A DNA stretch of 55,579 nucleotides, counting the filler, from Catajapyx aquilonaris (Eukaryota): the NCBI GenBank assembly GCA_000934665.2. It is 4 parts of 4 records of this genome, joined end to end, with 100 filler letters (N's around TTAATTAATTAA, not from the genome) between each part and the next. Parts side by side here need not be neighbours in the genome. Positions count along the whole stretch, not along the records: positions 13,904 to 27,702 come from JYFJ02007980.1; 3 more parts are not named here. One strand, given 5' to 3'. The first letter of the stretch is position 1, and every line of letters begins with the position of its first letter. Below, piece after piece: positions 13,904 through 26,814 of this stretch. The translations under genes and the position numbers were made by a program. The notes below the pieces were generated by a model. It was not told the origin of the DNA. It ran no database searches and worked only from the letters and a program-made list of their open reading frames with translations.

Positions 13904-14453
13904 GCACTGGTGGAGAAATGTAAGTTCCAAATTCGAAACGTTAGCATTATTGGTCGGACTGCTCTGTTACTGCGCGCGTAGGCCTACCACATGCGGTGCT
14001 GTCACAGCTGGGAAGTGCAGTACACGGTCTTCGAGGCACTTCTTTCGGTGTAGTGTCGGAAACTGACTATACCGTCGAATACGTAGAATCGATCGTAAGA
14101 AGGCGGGTTGCAAACCTCCCACGCTCGAATTATTAGCCTGGAATGTATATATTGTTGTTTTTCCAGTTGTGCCAACTGGCAGGTCGTTTATACAGTTACT
14201 AAAGGTTATTGAGTTGGCACAACTGACAACCAACAATTGGCAGGTTTTTGGGCCGTCTCTTTCCTTCTTTTCGTTCAAAATTCGATGTAGGAGTGATATT
14301 AATGAATAACAACTTTGCGCCAAAATTAACCATTTAAATTCGTGGTGGTCCTTTTGATTGTAAAATGCCGGGGGGGGAAATCATCTACAGGCGGGTGGCC
14401 CGGAAATCTACTTTTTAGAATCGTCCGGCTCTCAGTTTACTCAGTCACTATAC

Positions 14454-14684
14454 CAGTGGTTTCCAACCTGGGGGTCGCCGGCAGGGTTGCGGGTGGTCGC
14501 GAGCCGTTGTTCATTTTTTTGTTTTTGCAATTTCTGTGTAACTTGACCCATTTTTGCGGCCGTACAGAGTGTATGTTTTCTGGAAATGGGTCAGTTGTAG
14601 CAGGGGCCGGGGAGTGGGTGGGGGTTGCACATTTATGGAAACGTGTTTAAGGGGTCGCAGTTGGTAAAAGGTTGGAAACCACTG
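14454..14684. mobile_element. hAT (Charlie-like) MITE
   Basis: TIR CAGTGGTTTCCAACC / GGTTGGAAACCACTG with a perfect 8-bp TSD CACTATAC. Confidence 0.9.
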
Positions 14685-15129
14685 CACTATACATTGTTCT
14701 TATGGTTGCATAATATTACTACAAGTCTACAACATTGTAGGCTACTATGATAAACTTCCAAGGGTCCAGACTTTACGGGTCACCCTGTACTGAGGGAACA
14801 TCTTTACATAAACGATCACGTGGGAGCAACTTGACCTTGGCATATACGACTCAACTTGGCGGGAACGGGGGGAATCTGGAGTTGCTATGGTGGTTGAGTC
14901 ACCGTCCAAGAGATGGCAGGAGCATATTGAACCGGGTTTGGCACCGCAAAGTTCGCCTTCTCTATGCACATCCTCGCGTGCCAAATTCAAAAACCCTCAG
15001 GACATAATAATAATTATGACGTCAAAGGTTTAATATAAGGAGGGGGGGAGGCAGGCGGGAGAGTGGTCGGGGGGAAGGGAGTATGATGCGGATAATTGTT
15101 GGATGAGCATCATTAAGAACATGACCTAC

Positions 15130-15224
15130 ACCTCAGGCCGCAGGCCTAGAAAAGAGCGAGCGAAGCGAGTGGTTTTCTTGGCCTGCGCCCTAGGAAAATA
15201 CGAGCGGAGCGAGGGTTTTCCTAG
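15130..15224 (+). mobile_element. Helitron-like 3' end
   Basis: GCGAGCGAAGCGAG-type motif twice, ending CTAG|T at 15224. Confidence 0.35.
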
Positions 15225-16070
15225 TTATCGTTTATTTTGTTTAGAAAATTTACACCCACGTGGATGCCCATAATTTCTCGAGGAAACCTGACCAGACCTA
15301 GCAGTGCTTGGTTAGACATCGGTCGACGTTGAGAAGGTGTTCGCTGACGTGCACTGCACCAGGCTGCGTCCGGAGAGAATCCCTGTACATAATTTGCGAT
15401 CACAATATCCTGCCGTGACCAACGTATCACATTATTCATTTAATAAGAAACAAGCAGAGACCAAAATTAATACTCAACTATCATGAAGCACAAGGACTTT
15501 AGAATACCTTCTAGTCATGCCGTTGCGAAATGGAGAGCTGTATTATTTGTAACCGACAACGCCAGACATATGGCCAACGAATGCGACATCATCTTATGGG
15601 ATTTGTAGACATATCCACATCACTATGGACATGATGCAGATACCTACTGATCATGTCTTGGAATTAGCGACATCCATTCACAATATTAGGAGGAGGAGAT
15701 GTAGTAGTCATGAACCCCCACAATATGTCACCTCTCGCCTTCTGATGTGGAGGGCCAGCTCATTTGATCCGGTTACAATATTACTGAAAGCGAAACAGTA
15801 ACCAGTGTAAATATCGCAGTGAATTCATAGCTATGCAAAGTGTTTAATAGCAAAATAATTATGTTCAGAATTCCTGATAAGCAACAGGAGACGTCTTAGG
15901 GCACAATCATGCAAGTCGCTCTTCCCAACCTAGCATTTTAAGCGTTTAAGTCTGAAACCTTGTAATGATGTAGCAGACAGTCTCTGAGGCGATTGAAGTG
16001 TCGCAGGCTGATTTCATGATCACAAACAAGAAAAAAAATCGTCTAGCAAAAGGCCAGATACAGTAGGCCT

Positions 16071-16270
16071 ACCACTCACGACAGGAATACAGCTCGCCGT
16101 TTCTTTGCAAACGCTGCTCTCTCAGCTGGTATCACTGGCATCAATATGGCTCTGATGAGAAGTTGTGCCACAATCCTTGCGAGTATAAAGTAAATGTAGC
16201 GTTTGAAATGTGCGCACATCAGTACGACAATGACTACAATTGGTATCCCATGCCAACAGCGGTGCATAAG
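16071..16270 (+). mobile_element. Transib transposase fragment
   Basis: TTHDRNTARRFFANAALSAGITGIN...ATIL, then YNWYPMPTAVHK, matching the Transib NDGNTARRFF and WYxMPxTVHK motifs. Confidence 0.75.
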
Positions 16271-16780
16271 CACCACAAAAAACTCTATGACCATTTCATT
16301 TAACGACAGAGGTGGCATTGTCAGGAACATTTCTCTCATCATTATGCGTATACTATCCTTAACGCGGTAATAATCTTGATGTATTTATGTTTTAAACTTG
16401 CAGGTCAACAATGCCAGAATTCAATAATGCAGTTTTCCTTATTACTGGCCAAGTAACAATGGGAATAAAGTTATTCTTTTGGGTTTCCTGTAAGTAAATA
16501 CTCGTACACAGTATTATACCATGTTGCAACATCGACAAGAAAGACACCGGTCGACTTGGTTTGAGTCTGGCTGATCTTGGGTACTCGTCTCTCCGTTTAA
16601 TGCATGCTAAACTGATTTAGGGGGTCATTACTGGACAAAACTTGTTTCTAAGATATTATGTCTCAATATTTTGAGGGCCATGGCGAATTTTGTACAATTG
16701 CATACTCAGCATACAATTTACATATACATTTGTGGTTGCATATTTTTATGGTCTGAAAATAATGCTCCCGAAGGTATCCC

Positions 16781-16975
16781 ATGAGGCGTTGTTTTCGTCC
16801 ATTTGTACAGTACTTGGGAGTAAACCAGGTAAGTGGAAATCCTTATTATACTACTTGCTTAATGATCTTTTCCAGCATGGCTGGTGAGTCAGGAAAGCCA
16901 GATTTACAGGTATTTACATTAATGGGTCATAAGTCAGCAGGGAGTGTAACACTGCCTTATTACTATCATAATCAC
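16781..16975 (+). mobile_element. Crypton-like tyrosine recombinase fragment
   Basis: QYLGVNQVS...GESGKPDLQVFTLMGHKSAGSVTLPYY resembles the xLGxN and GHxS...Y boxes of Crypton recombinases. Confidence 0.4.
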
Positions 16976-18089
16976 CGAGAGGACATTAGAGCAACGTTAC
17001 CATATATGACGACGGACAATATGTTGATATTTTAAAGGCAAAATGAATGAAGCACACTGATTTTCGAATATTTTCTTAATCAAGAATCCAAGTGGGAGAC
17101 ATCGTCAGAAAAACCAAAATAACGGCCAACGCCAGAAGGTGTAACCCGAGAGACGATTAGAACTAACGAAGGTCAAAGGTTATTGTGCCGTAACCCAAGT
17201 TAACTATGCAGGCCAACGACGAAACTGGAAATCAATCAGCCAGAATACAACAACATACGTACTTCAGGTTTGGTTTAGGTTTATTTAGAATAATCCAAAG
17301 CAACTATGGCTATCCGTGTATAAGAAGACGAAAAGGAGGCACAGAAGATCTCATGCAGGGACATCCTGATGACCGCAATATTTTAAATGGTTAACTTTTT
17401 GCAACTTCAATGTGCCTGGATGCAACATATGTGCTGGAATAACATCTTTAAGATGACAGCAGAAACAAATCCAGGAAGTTTGCGGGGTCTTCTAATTTCA
17501 CTTAGCCTAGTTGTACTTAAGCTTTATATTATTTATTTATACTCTCCCCATACACACTCACATTACATTAAATTATCAATTTACAGAACGACCCATTAAG
17601 TTAGCACTATGATAGGAATGACTCGTGAACTAACATTAATGCTACAATCAAAAATTCACTGGTGTACATTCCATACCATTTTGACACAAATTTAATTAAT
17701 ATTAGTGGCAGATGGTGCTATGGACAACTTGAGTGTAACATTGCAAGTAATAATTATTAAACCACATGTTTGTATTTTCTTCCAGGCTGGTGAATCAATA
17801 CGTCTCAAGACCAATAAACACAGGGAATCGAAAATGACGGCATCTTCACAACAATGCAGCAGCATTAGAGAAAAGACACCAATCAGATATCAAAAAGATG
17901 CTACTCAACATGGCAGACGTCAAGTGAGCAAAATCTAAATATTGTCTGACTAGATGACCGGCGGAAACATCTGTCCAAAAGTATATTGAAGGCAAAAATA
18001 CAGAGACTGAAATGTGACACTGACGTGAGCCAAAATATGATAATTTTTTAATATAAAATTATGTTGACCTCTACCCTACCTCGCTCCAT

Positions 18090-19600
18090 CATCACACACA
18101 CACACCCACACCTATTCCTAAGCATCAAAGGCAATTTACTCCATGTTGTCAAATTTAATAAACACCTGACGCCTGAAAAATGGTGTGGCAATATTTTCAT
18201 GGCCCCTCTGACGTCCCAGAAGTGCTAATGGAACAACCCATAACACACAACGACACGTTATTTTATTACACTGCAAGCTGTGGCCTCAAGAAGTTGTCGG
18301 CTTCCACTGACACCTCCTGCCATTATTCCTCTAAATATAAATAAACAGCCTTTTTTGCAAATGAGGTAAAATGCAGAGTACAGTCTTCTTCGCTTGACGA
18401 TTATGATACATTCACATTACTTCCACAAGTGGGTCACGCTGTCCACATAATTAAACGGCTTTCAGGTTGGGTAGCTGTGTTTGATGAATCGCAATGTTTT
18501 GCAAACTGCACAATTCATGAATAAGCGTATATTGTAAGAACATTTACATAATATCGCACATACCTTAACCAAAGGTCTCTGGTTTACTGACGACCCCAGA
18601 GAGAGAGAAGCAAAGAGAAGTTTTCAGGCAGAGAGTTAATTACGTAATCATCTCTTGGCCAAAGTTTAAAAGTGTGACAATACAAAGTTTCACAAATTGT
18701 GACTTATTACTAGATTTAACTTTAAAAACACAATAAATAATCTATAGTCATACGAATACTGGAAATGAAACCAGTACACCATATAACACATAATACCTAA
18801 TTCAGAAGTCCTCAGAAACTTAAGAGAGTGACACTGAATTGTACACCGCTGAATTACACACCGCTGGAGAAACTTTCCAGAGCAACTCAGGACATCAACT
18901 TCTACCGCTATTTATGAACCTGATTTATTAACTAATCGTTGTGTCACGTGACATTTGTGAAGAAAGTACTACACCAAATAAGAATAATGATCCCATACAG
19001 GCAGGATATGATCTCCAAGTGTCGAAACTGAGACATCTGCCATTGGAATCACGACACAACAAGATTGTAATAGGATTGGGCAATTTCTCGCAGGAATTGC
19101 CTTTGGAAGTGATAAACCAATGGACTGACCATCTCAAAGTGATAGTTTTTGAAGAAATCATGATCATATTGCTGTAAGTGTGTTACACGTTGAGTTTAAA
19201 TCCCAATAACTTATTGCACCTTGAAGTAAAAAAAAAACTCAGAGATGCGCAAATGTTTGCTGAAATGCATGTCAGACAATTAAGTGTTGAATTTTTGTGG
19301 TGGACCGCGTGACAGAACCTTCACTAGTACACAACATATGAAAGAGCCAACAATGAGCATAGTTCCTCCATTCAACTTGAAGGCTGGAAAACAGAGACTG
19401 CAGTAGATGATGTTACATGGGACAAGACCAAATCGAACCCATAATTCAATACCATCTGAATTCGCCCTGGCTACAGGAACATGTTTCAGGAACCTTCGAC
19501 TTCGGTAGATATTCCTGATGTCGTTGTCTGACCACTTCAGAAGACATCTTTTCATGGAGCGAACCCATCTTGGCTGACCAAGCAAAAAACCAACCCGAAA
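18090..19600 (+). mobile_element. Relic of an RLE-type (R2/NeSL-like) non-LTR retrotransposon
   Basis: HLFLSIKG (thumb-like), KCRN*/ETETSA (CCHC-like), RHNKIV, HVEFKS (D/ExK) and GWKTE occur in the expected order. Confidence 0.5.
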
Positions 19601-22439
19601 AAGTCTCAACACAAAGAAGATTGGGCAAGCCTTCATACGACCACGTCCATTTTAAAATCCAACATCATATCAAACTCCTCCCATAAAATCATCCAGAATT
19701 TTGACGCGATGGAGATATTATAACTCACTTGTCAGTATAATACGCACTCAAGAATACCATATATTGAACGGACAGAAACAAAAGACACCCATTGAACAAT
19801 CCGAAGGGATAGTGTCATGTAACGGGTTTTGAACTGGATTAAACCTATGCCTTTCAAATGAGCAATTACCATGATTGCAGGTTTATTTTCTAGTGAACTC
19901 CACTGACAATACTTGCGAATTCATTATGTTACTAACCATTCTGTGTCTAAGGCAAACTGCTATACAAACGGTTGAAAGCGATGCTCCGAAGTGATTGTTG
20001 AAATAACTGTGTCAAGTACTTTGTACACTCCGCTAGCTGTGAATCCAAGACAAACACCTAGCAGGTCAGACCAAGCTATATGTAACCAAAAAATGACCAC
20101 CTTACGACCACATTCACCACGACTAACCGAATCCTAGACCTTGCTTTTAATGGCAGAAGGAACGGGAGAGCAAGTGAGCAACACCTAAATATTGCAACTA
20201 AATGAACTAAGGAACCACCTGCCCAATTGCATTTAAACTATTCCTTCAGAGACAATTTTACTCGGTTGTATTTGAGAAAATGCAGGATTATTATAGTCAG
20301 TGTAAGTAAAAAATTCATTCTTTTAATCTGATGAGTTCTCTGTGTCCGCCCTTTGGGCGCATTATAATTCCTTTCTTTGCTTCTCTGTAGCGAATGAATG
20401 TACTGTAGGCAGATGTTCGATGGCTAACACATCACTGGGCAGAACGGCACTCCTTCCGTCTGTTTTATAAAACTTTCCGATCATGCCCACGACGGAATCC
20501 AAAATGGCTGCGGTACAACCACATTCAGACAGTGGAAATAGGAACATCCCACGAACTGTATCTATAATCACGTAGCAACAGAGCAGTTCATATCGTCTGC
20601 GTTATACGAAAACAATGGATGGCGTTTTAAGATTCTGCCTGGACCATATCAACAAAGTACTAGTGTAACAAAGGGTAATCCTCTGGAGAGTCACATACTT
20701 CCAATGTCCATAGCTACATCTGTGTAAAAATATGCCACTGGGTTCGGAACAATCCATGACCACTATGACCAAATTGCATGATTATTTGGGGAAGTAATAT
20801 TTTCTTCCTCTTACTTTTTCCATTATTGCACTAGGCCATTAAAATTTGATTCATGAAACATTTGAACTGTAAAATAGCGCAAATTCAGCTTACACTTGCA
20901 TTACATGCATACTACTTTACCATGACAAATGTCCATCAGTGTAGGACCAAAACACAAGGTACCATCAAAGAGTGTCGGGACAGATCTGGATCATCCCCTT
21001 GGACAGATGTAGCAACATGAACATCAGTCCTTACATATTCCACCAGTAGCCTCACGCAGCACCTAATCAACCAACATCAAACCAGACACTCTCAGTGCAG
21101 TGTTCGACACAATTAATGAAATACAATCCAATGTGACCCAATTAATAATATTGACTCATCCCAGATCGTTCATGCTCAAATGTGACTAGCTACAGTGGTA
21201 ATAACTAATCTGTGGATCTGCAAATAAGAGGTTGACCGTAGTCATTACCATGCTACATTTTTAATAGATACTAGCACCCTGCCAGTATTATGCAGCACAT
21301 AATGTGCCGTAAGTGTAATAATAACCTAAAAAAAAAAACACACCCTGCGACGCACACCACTGAACGTTATGGTTAAAGTCACTGTGACAGGCATAAGTTT
21401 TGAAACATATCTGAATAAGACACCTTGGGATCTACAATGCTGGAAGTAGCCACGCAGACAACCAGAGACTGCCGTTAGTCTCTCATCGCGGTATCACAAG
21501 TTTTTGAAAGAACTGGAAGAATTAAAGCCAAGAATAAGACAACAAATTGAGTAAATCACGCTCCTGAAATGGGCGAAGCATTAGTACGCCCTTCGCTTGA
21601 GAGAGCTACTGCATCATGAAAAACTCATTACAGCTGGAAAGAATGTACAGGAAATTACATGACGACATGCATACCAGAAATCCAACATCATACAAAATGC
21701 TTACCACGAAATCAACTAGTATTTTGGCATAACCATTGTTGATTCTACTAGTGCTGCAACCAACTGACAAATACGGAACGCAGCAAAAATAGCAGCAAGA
21801 CAAAGCCCAAGTGCGCCCCAAGACATGAACTTCTGAGACATGCGACCAGCAATATGTGGAGTCATTCCAAATACTATACCACCATTAATACCTTACATTC
21901 AGGGTAATAAAAAATTAAGGATGACCTCTCAGTTGTAACAGGGCGATTATAATGTTGAGGAAATGCACCCATGTCAGAATCTTTACGTTGTTAATGATTC
22001 TGGTTATTCAGCTACTGTAGCGCACTGTTAATGTGTAAGTAGACTCTCGTGACGTTATATAATTGATCTTGTTATCTGTAAATAATGTACTCCAATTATT
22101 GTTCAGAATAAAAATATCACGCTACGACCACAATTAAATAAATTATCTTGAAAAAGATACCCCAAATGCGCCGTTTATTCGACTATTAGTGATAAGTATT
22201 ATTACTCTTCCTGTGCAATGATGGAACAGGAAAGTATTTCTTAAATGCAAGGAGCACATACTATACAAGTTTCACCACGACCAAAACAGTCCCCAATATG
22301 GCCTTTGAAAAAGTGGTGTACTGGAACAATTTGTTTCAAGACTATCTCCAATAGCTACTGGTAATCAAGTATTTATAGTACTGTAAGCATGTTATAACCG
22401 ACACCTTGCCATAGAAGCTACAACCACACCGGCTTGGAC

Positions 22440-22804
22440 CCGTTCACCTGCCTCTATTATAGGGAGGGGCAGCCAGCACCAGGGGCGGACACAAGGGCGC
22501 GCACCCCTAGAGCTGGCAGCCTTCCCCGTTCCATCCAAGAGCTCGAAATGAGGGGGAGGCAACGAAAAGTGCTGGAAATACGATCACGGCATTGACCGAA
22601 TAGCACTGGAAACACACAAAATGGCGGCCATTTCTATTTCCAAGCCTGGCTATAGAGGGCGTCCGAATGAGCAAAGCCGTGACGTCACTAGTGGGTGTTG
22701 GATACGCCCCAGACCGCAATGGAATTATGGGAATTATGCATTACGTCATATACGATCATATTAGGTCTAAAATTAGGTTAAAATTTAATGCTAATTTTAT
22801 CCAG
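22440..22804. promoter_or_regulatory. Promoter-like, CpG-richer segment
   Basis: AAAATGGCGGCC (YY1/Pho-like) ~22618, GTGACGTCAC (CRE) ~22678, GC-box GGGGCGG ~22482, followed by donor CAG|GTAATT at 22804. Confidence 0.35.
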
Positions 22805-24244
22805 GTAATTTGCGGAATGGTATTGCCCATTGTAACGATGACTAATAACTGCTATTTTGAGTAGTAGCTATCATATAAAATCACTGTTAATGACAAATAG
22901 CCGATACTTTTAAACTGCGACGTGATATCCACCTTTTCTTTTTTTCTTTCCAGAATGTTCCACAGAATGTCTGATGGAACGCGGTTCTTTGCCCGCTGTT
23001 CTGCCCGTAGTAGGTCCGCCCCCGAGGCCATCTGCCCGTCCTCCTTCCAGCCCCCCGATGCTGCTCCAGACTTAGGTGAAAGTGTGTCTACCGCATTGGG
23101 GGCAAAGGGGCAATCAGTCGAAGGGAATTAATCAAGATGGCGTCCCCCCCTTTTTTTTCCGGATGGAATGGTTATTCTTCTGCCAAATTGCAATATTTTA
23201 TTTTCACAAATTTGCATGAGTCATGCGAATTTTAATTGTGGTCTACATGAGCATCCAGATAATGACAGGTTTACACCTACATGTATTTCTTGTAAATGCT
23301 AAACAGTCTACATGTTACTTATACTCAATATGCATGTCCTATTATTTTTCCTCGTCCGGTGACTTTTCCCACTGAATGTAACAGTAGCCAGAAAACTTTA
23401 TATTCTGGAACAGTGTGATGTTATGTTTACAACTGGTGTGTTAAATGGCCAACAGTGTGAACTATAGTCGGAATTGGGAAGTTATTATATTCAGCGTACC
23501 TGGGATATAGTAACACAATACAAGAACATGTTTCTCTCTATGCTCTGTGATAACAGAATGATTGCAATAACTTGTTAAAAAAATATTGTGGTAGGCCTAT
23601 GTTGATCATTGTTGTATCTTGACTCTGGCAGGACAAGGATCAATATTGTTTTATTTGTTGTAGGTTCTACATAATGTTTGTAAGTTGTAGACAACACATC
23701 TACCTAATACAACACGTATCCAGATCCAATGTTTCCATAGTCTCAAATATGTTACCTAAGCGAGTGAAAACACTATTATGGGCCTTGTTTATGAAAAATG
23801 AGCTGTGGAGCGAGCTTTTTTTCTGACAAATGTATAGAGTTGTTTTTTTTTTTAATTTGGACAATGGATGTGTATTTTGATGGTGAATTAAAACATTTGG
23901 CTCATAATGTCACTTTGCAGATCTGTCAAAAGTTGTGCTTTGGCATTTTGACTTGTAATTGATCCTGGTGCCTTTTTGTCAGGAAAAGCAAATAGCAGCA
24001 TACTATGTGAATAAGTCATACAGGAGTATGTGTGATTGTTCAGCAAAATTCCCTGACACTGTGTGACAACCTCGTATAATATTCATGTTTGAGTAAGCCT
24101 CGATGTGTGATAACCCAAATTGCAGATATGTTTCGCCATTCTAGTATAAATGGTACTGATTGGATATCTCAGCAGGAGAGTCTAGCGTCTTCAGTCCATG
24201 TTCCAGGATAAAGAAAACTTGAGAATCCATAGAGCATTACATAA

Positions 24245-24313
<69 letters not shown>
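24245..24313. repeat. (ATT)n microsatellite
   Basis: Direct reading; it explains the poly-L/poly-I ORFs. Confidence 0.95.
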
Positions 24314-24315
<2 letters not shown>

Positions 24316-26814
24316 ACTGCAGGAATTCAGAACCTGGAAAGGAACAGTTGGCATGTCATACCACACATTCCCTGTTATCACTACCAGAAGACGTTATTCC
24401 ATCATTACACTCGCGTCATTAGTGGATTAAGTGCAACTGGCTTCGTTTTGTCTTACTCGGCGATTATTTGTCATTGCCAACTGCATGTATTTATGACCCC
24501 GTGCATTTAAGTAACTAGCAAATGGCAACACAAAATAGTTGAACTCTCATCTTTATATGTAAGTTCACTTGCTTTTCTGCAGGCTGCGGCACAAGGTGAG
24601 TCATATAAAAGTTTATGTACTGTCATAATGTCATAATATAAACTTTTAACAACTTCTTCCGGTCACATCCAAAGCCTTACACATGAAAGTCCTGCTCTCT
24701 CATTGGCTACCATCGTTGACATTTGTTGTCGGATCATCACTGACTTTTTAAACTGGGGGACAGAGTGGTATCATACGGATTTTTTATTTGTCCCTTTTGT
24801 CATGTAAATTACTTTTAATTACACTACCACTGAAGGAATGGCGACTGTCAGGATATGACGTTTATTCTCAAAATTCTATAGTAGCTAATGGGCGCACCTG
24901 AATCACCTATATTTCTTCTAGGTGCTAGGACACCTCATTATGTATGCAGCATACTTGGCATGTCGCTGATACATGTTTTCTTCCTCAATACGTCTATATT
25001 CGCAGGTTGTATGTGCACTTGTATCCAGACAATGTAACAGCTGCAATAGTAGTTGTGCTCAGGACGGTTACGTCAGTGAATGGTTTATTTTAAAATGTGA
25101 CCTAAATTTCCAGCGATTTATTTACACCACAAGCAATAACATTGTTGTCGCTTCATGCTATGCGTAATACCTTCTGCAAATTAGATCTTGAAATGCAAAA
25201 TTAAAGCAATGAGACCCATACAAGTTGCTCTTCGTGTATGCGCCACAACAATCTTCCTGGGAGTGTAGAATATTGTTAATATTGTTACTTTGTTGCCAGC
25301 GAGACCCTCTCGGAGGACACTTTAGATTTAATAATACACATCTTCAGCCAGTCACGTTTAGGAGAATGTATAGAAACAGTTGGTGTACAATATTGTTCTC
25401 TGGCCTCAGAAAACCAGGTTGCTTCTCAAATACAACCCGGTTGTGGGTTAATATCAGATAGTTAGAAAAACTCAGCATGGACCATTAGGATGAACATTTA
25501 TTAAGCAGATGTGTCATCTTTGATGTTACGCTTATCCTCCTGATGTACCACCACTGTGTTCCTTTCGTTCCTGCGTTACTTTCATATTGGTATTGACCAG
25601 GCATTTACTAACTGGTAGAACCAGAAGGCCACCAGAATAATTTGAAGCAGTCGCATCATTCGGTTATAGTATGATGTGATATGGATGTTACTGAAAATAT
25701 ACGGATAAGTTTGGATTACATGTTATGAAACTCTCGCCTTCAGATCCATATGATTAAAAACATTATTAAGTTATTCAAATCACTGACCGTATCCCATATA
25801 ATATCCACCCTTCCATCGTGTCGCAGAGTTTCATAATGTTCGCTGTCGTCCGATGTTGTTTTGTACTGTATCGCATAAGAGTGTCATTTTTATACCCATT
25901 TAAGACGTATCGTGCTCAACACCAGTTTATATGGGACATATACAACAGTGGATCAAAATGCACGATTTGGTCACTTTGACGGCACAATTATTGTTCCCTG
26001 CTGTTCCATTCTAGTTGTGTGTGAGTGTAAGTGGAAGTGTCTCGGCCCTTGTTGTGACTGAATAAACAAGCCGGCTGTGTTTGTGATTCGAAGGTCATCA
26101 GTTAACCAAACAAGAGAAGTAATTTTACACTGGCCCAACTACCGACGTGTGTGTAATTCCACAACTTCTGGCCAACTGATGAGGGCATGTCATGGCGCCT
26201 TTTCTCCCAGAAGTGCTTTTGTATTTTGGTGAAGTGAATGGCATATAATCTATTCATAATCTAGTAGCTCGCCGCGTGTAATTATTATAATACCTGTCCT
26301 TCTGGAATAATGGTGATTGATCGATAACAATCATTTTCTGTTGGATTATCAACAAAAGCACTGCTGCATTGTGTGATCCTTTTCGATGTAATTACAGTAT
26401 AACCAACGCATGTAGCGCATGTGTGAAGTAGAACCACCAGCAGATGCGACATTATGGCACCAGCTTTAATGCTTGTGGGTTGCTCATTTGCACAATGAAA
26501 AAGCTGCCGCGAGTACTCTCTATGTATGTACTCATGTCTCTATACGTATGTGTGGCTATGGTTCCTCTCTTGGCCAATTTATTATTAAATATTTTCATGC
26601 ACTTGTTCCACATTATTATATATTTTTCCAGCCACCAGATCACATGTAAACACACCCAGCGCCATTGCGTTAAACTGTCACATTTCATTTGTATATTATA
26701 TATAGGTCTCTGTTCCCCCTCCCCCCAACACTTGTTCCACATTATTCAAATCATCCAAAGTGTCACTTTATTCATAGTTTAGTCACCCTCAAAATATACG
26801 CATGTGTAATAATA

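Noticed and set aside
19280..19636. Minus-strand ORF resembling a Merlin/IS1595 zinc ribbon
   Set aside because: No DDE domain follows, and the + strand fits better as a continuation of the RLE relic.
24169..24422. Poly-Ile/poly-Leu ORFs (and poly-ER/LS at 33.8 kb)
   Set aside because: These are translations of microsatellites.
26170..26220. Hammerhead ribozyme core CTGATGAG (also ~20328 and ~16153)
   Set aside because: No stem II followed by GAAA, and no closing helices.
23400..26400. Box C/D snoRNAs or miRNA hairpins
   Set aside because: Only partial boxes and short hairpins; I could not verify rRNA complementarity by eye.
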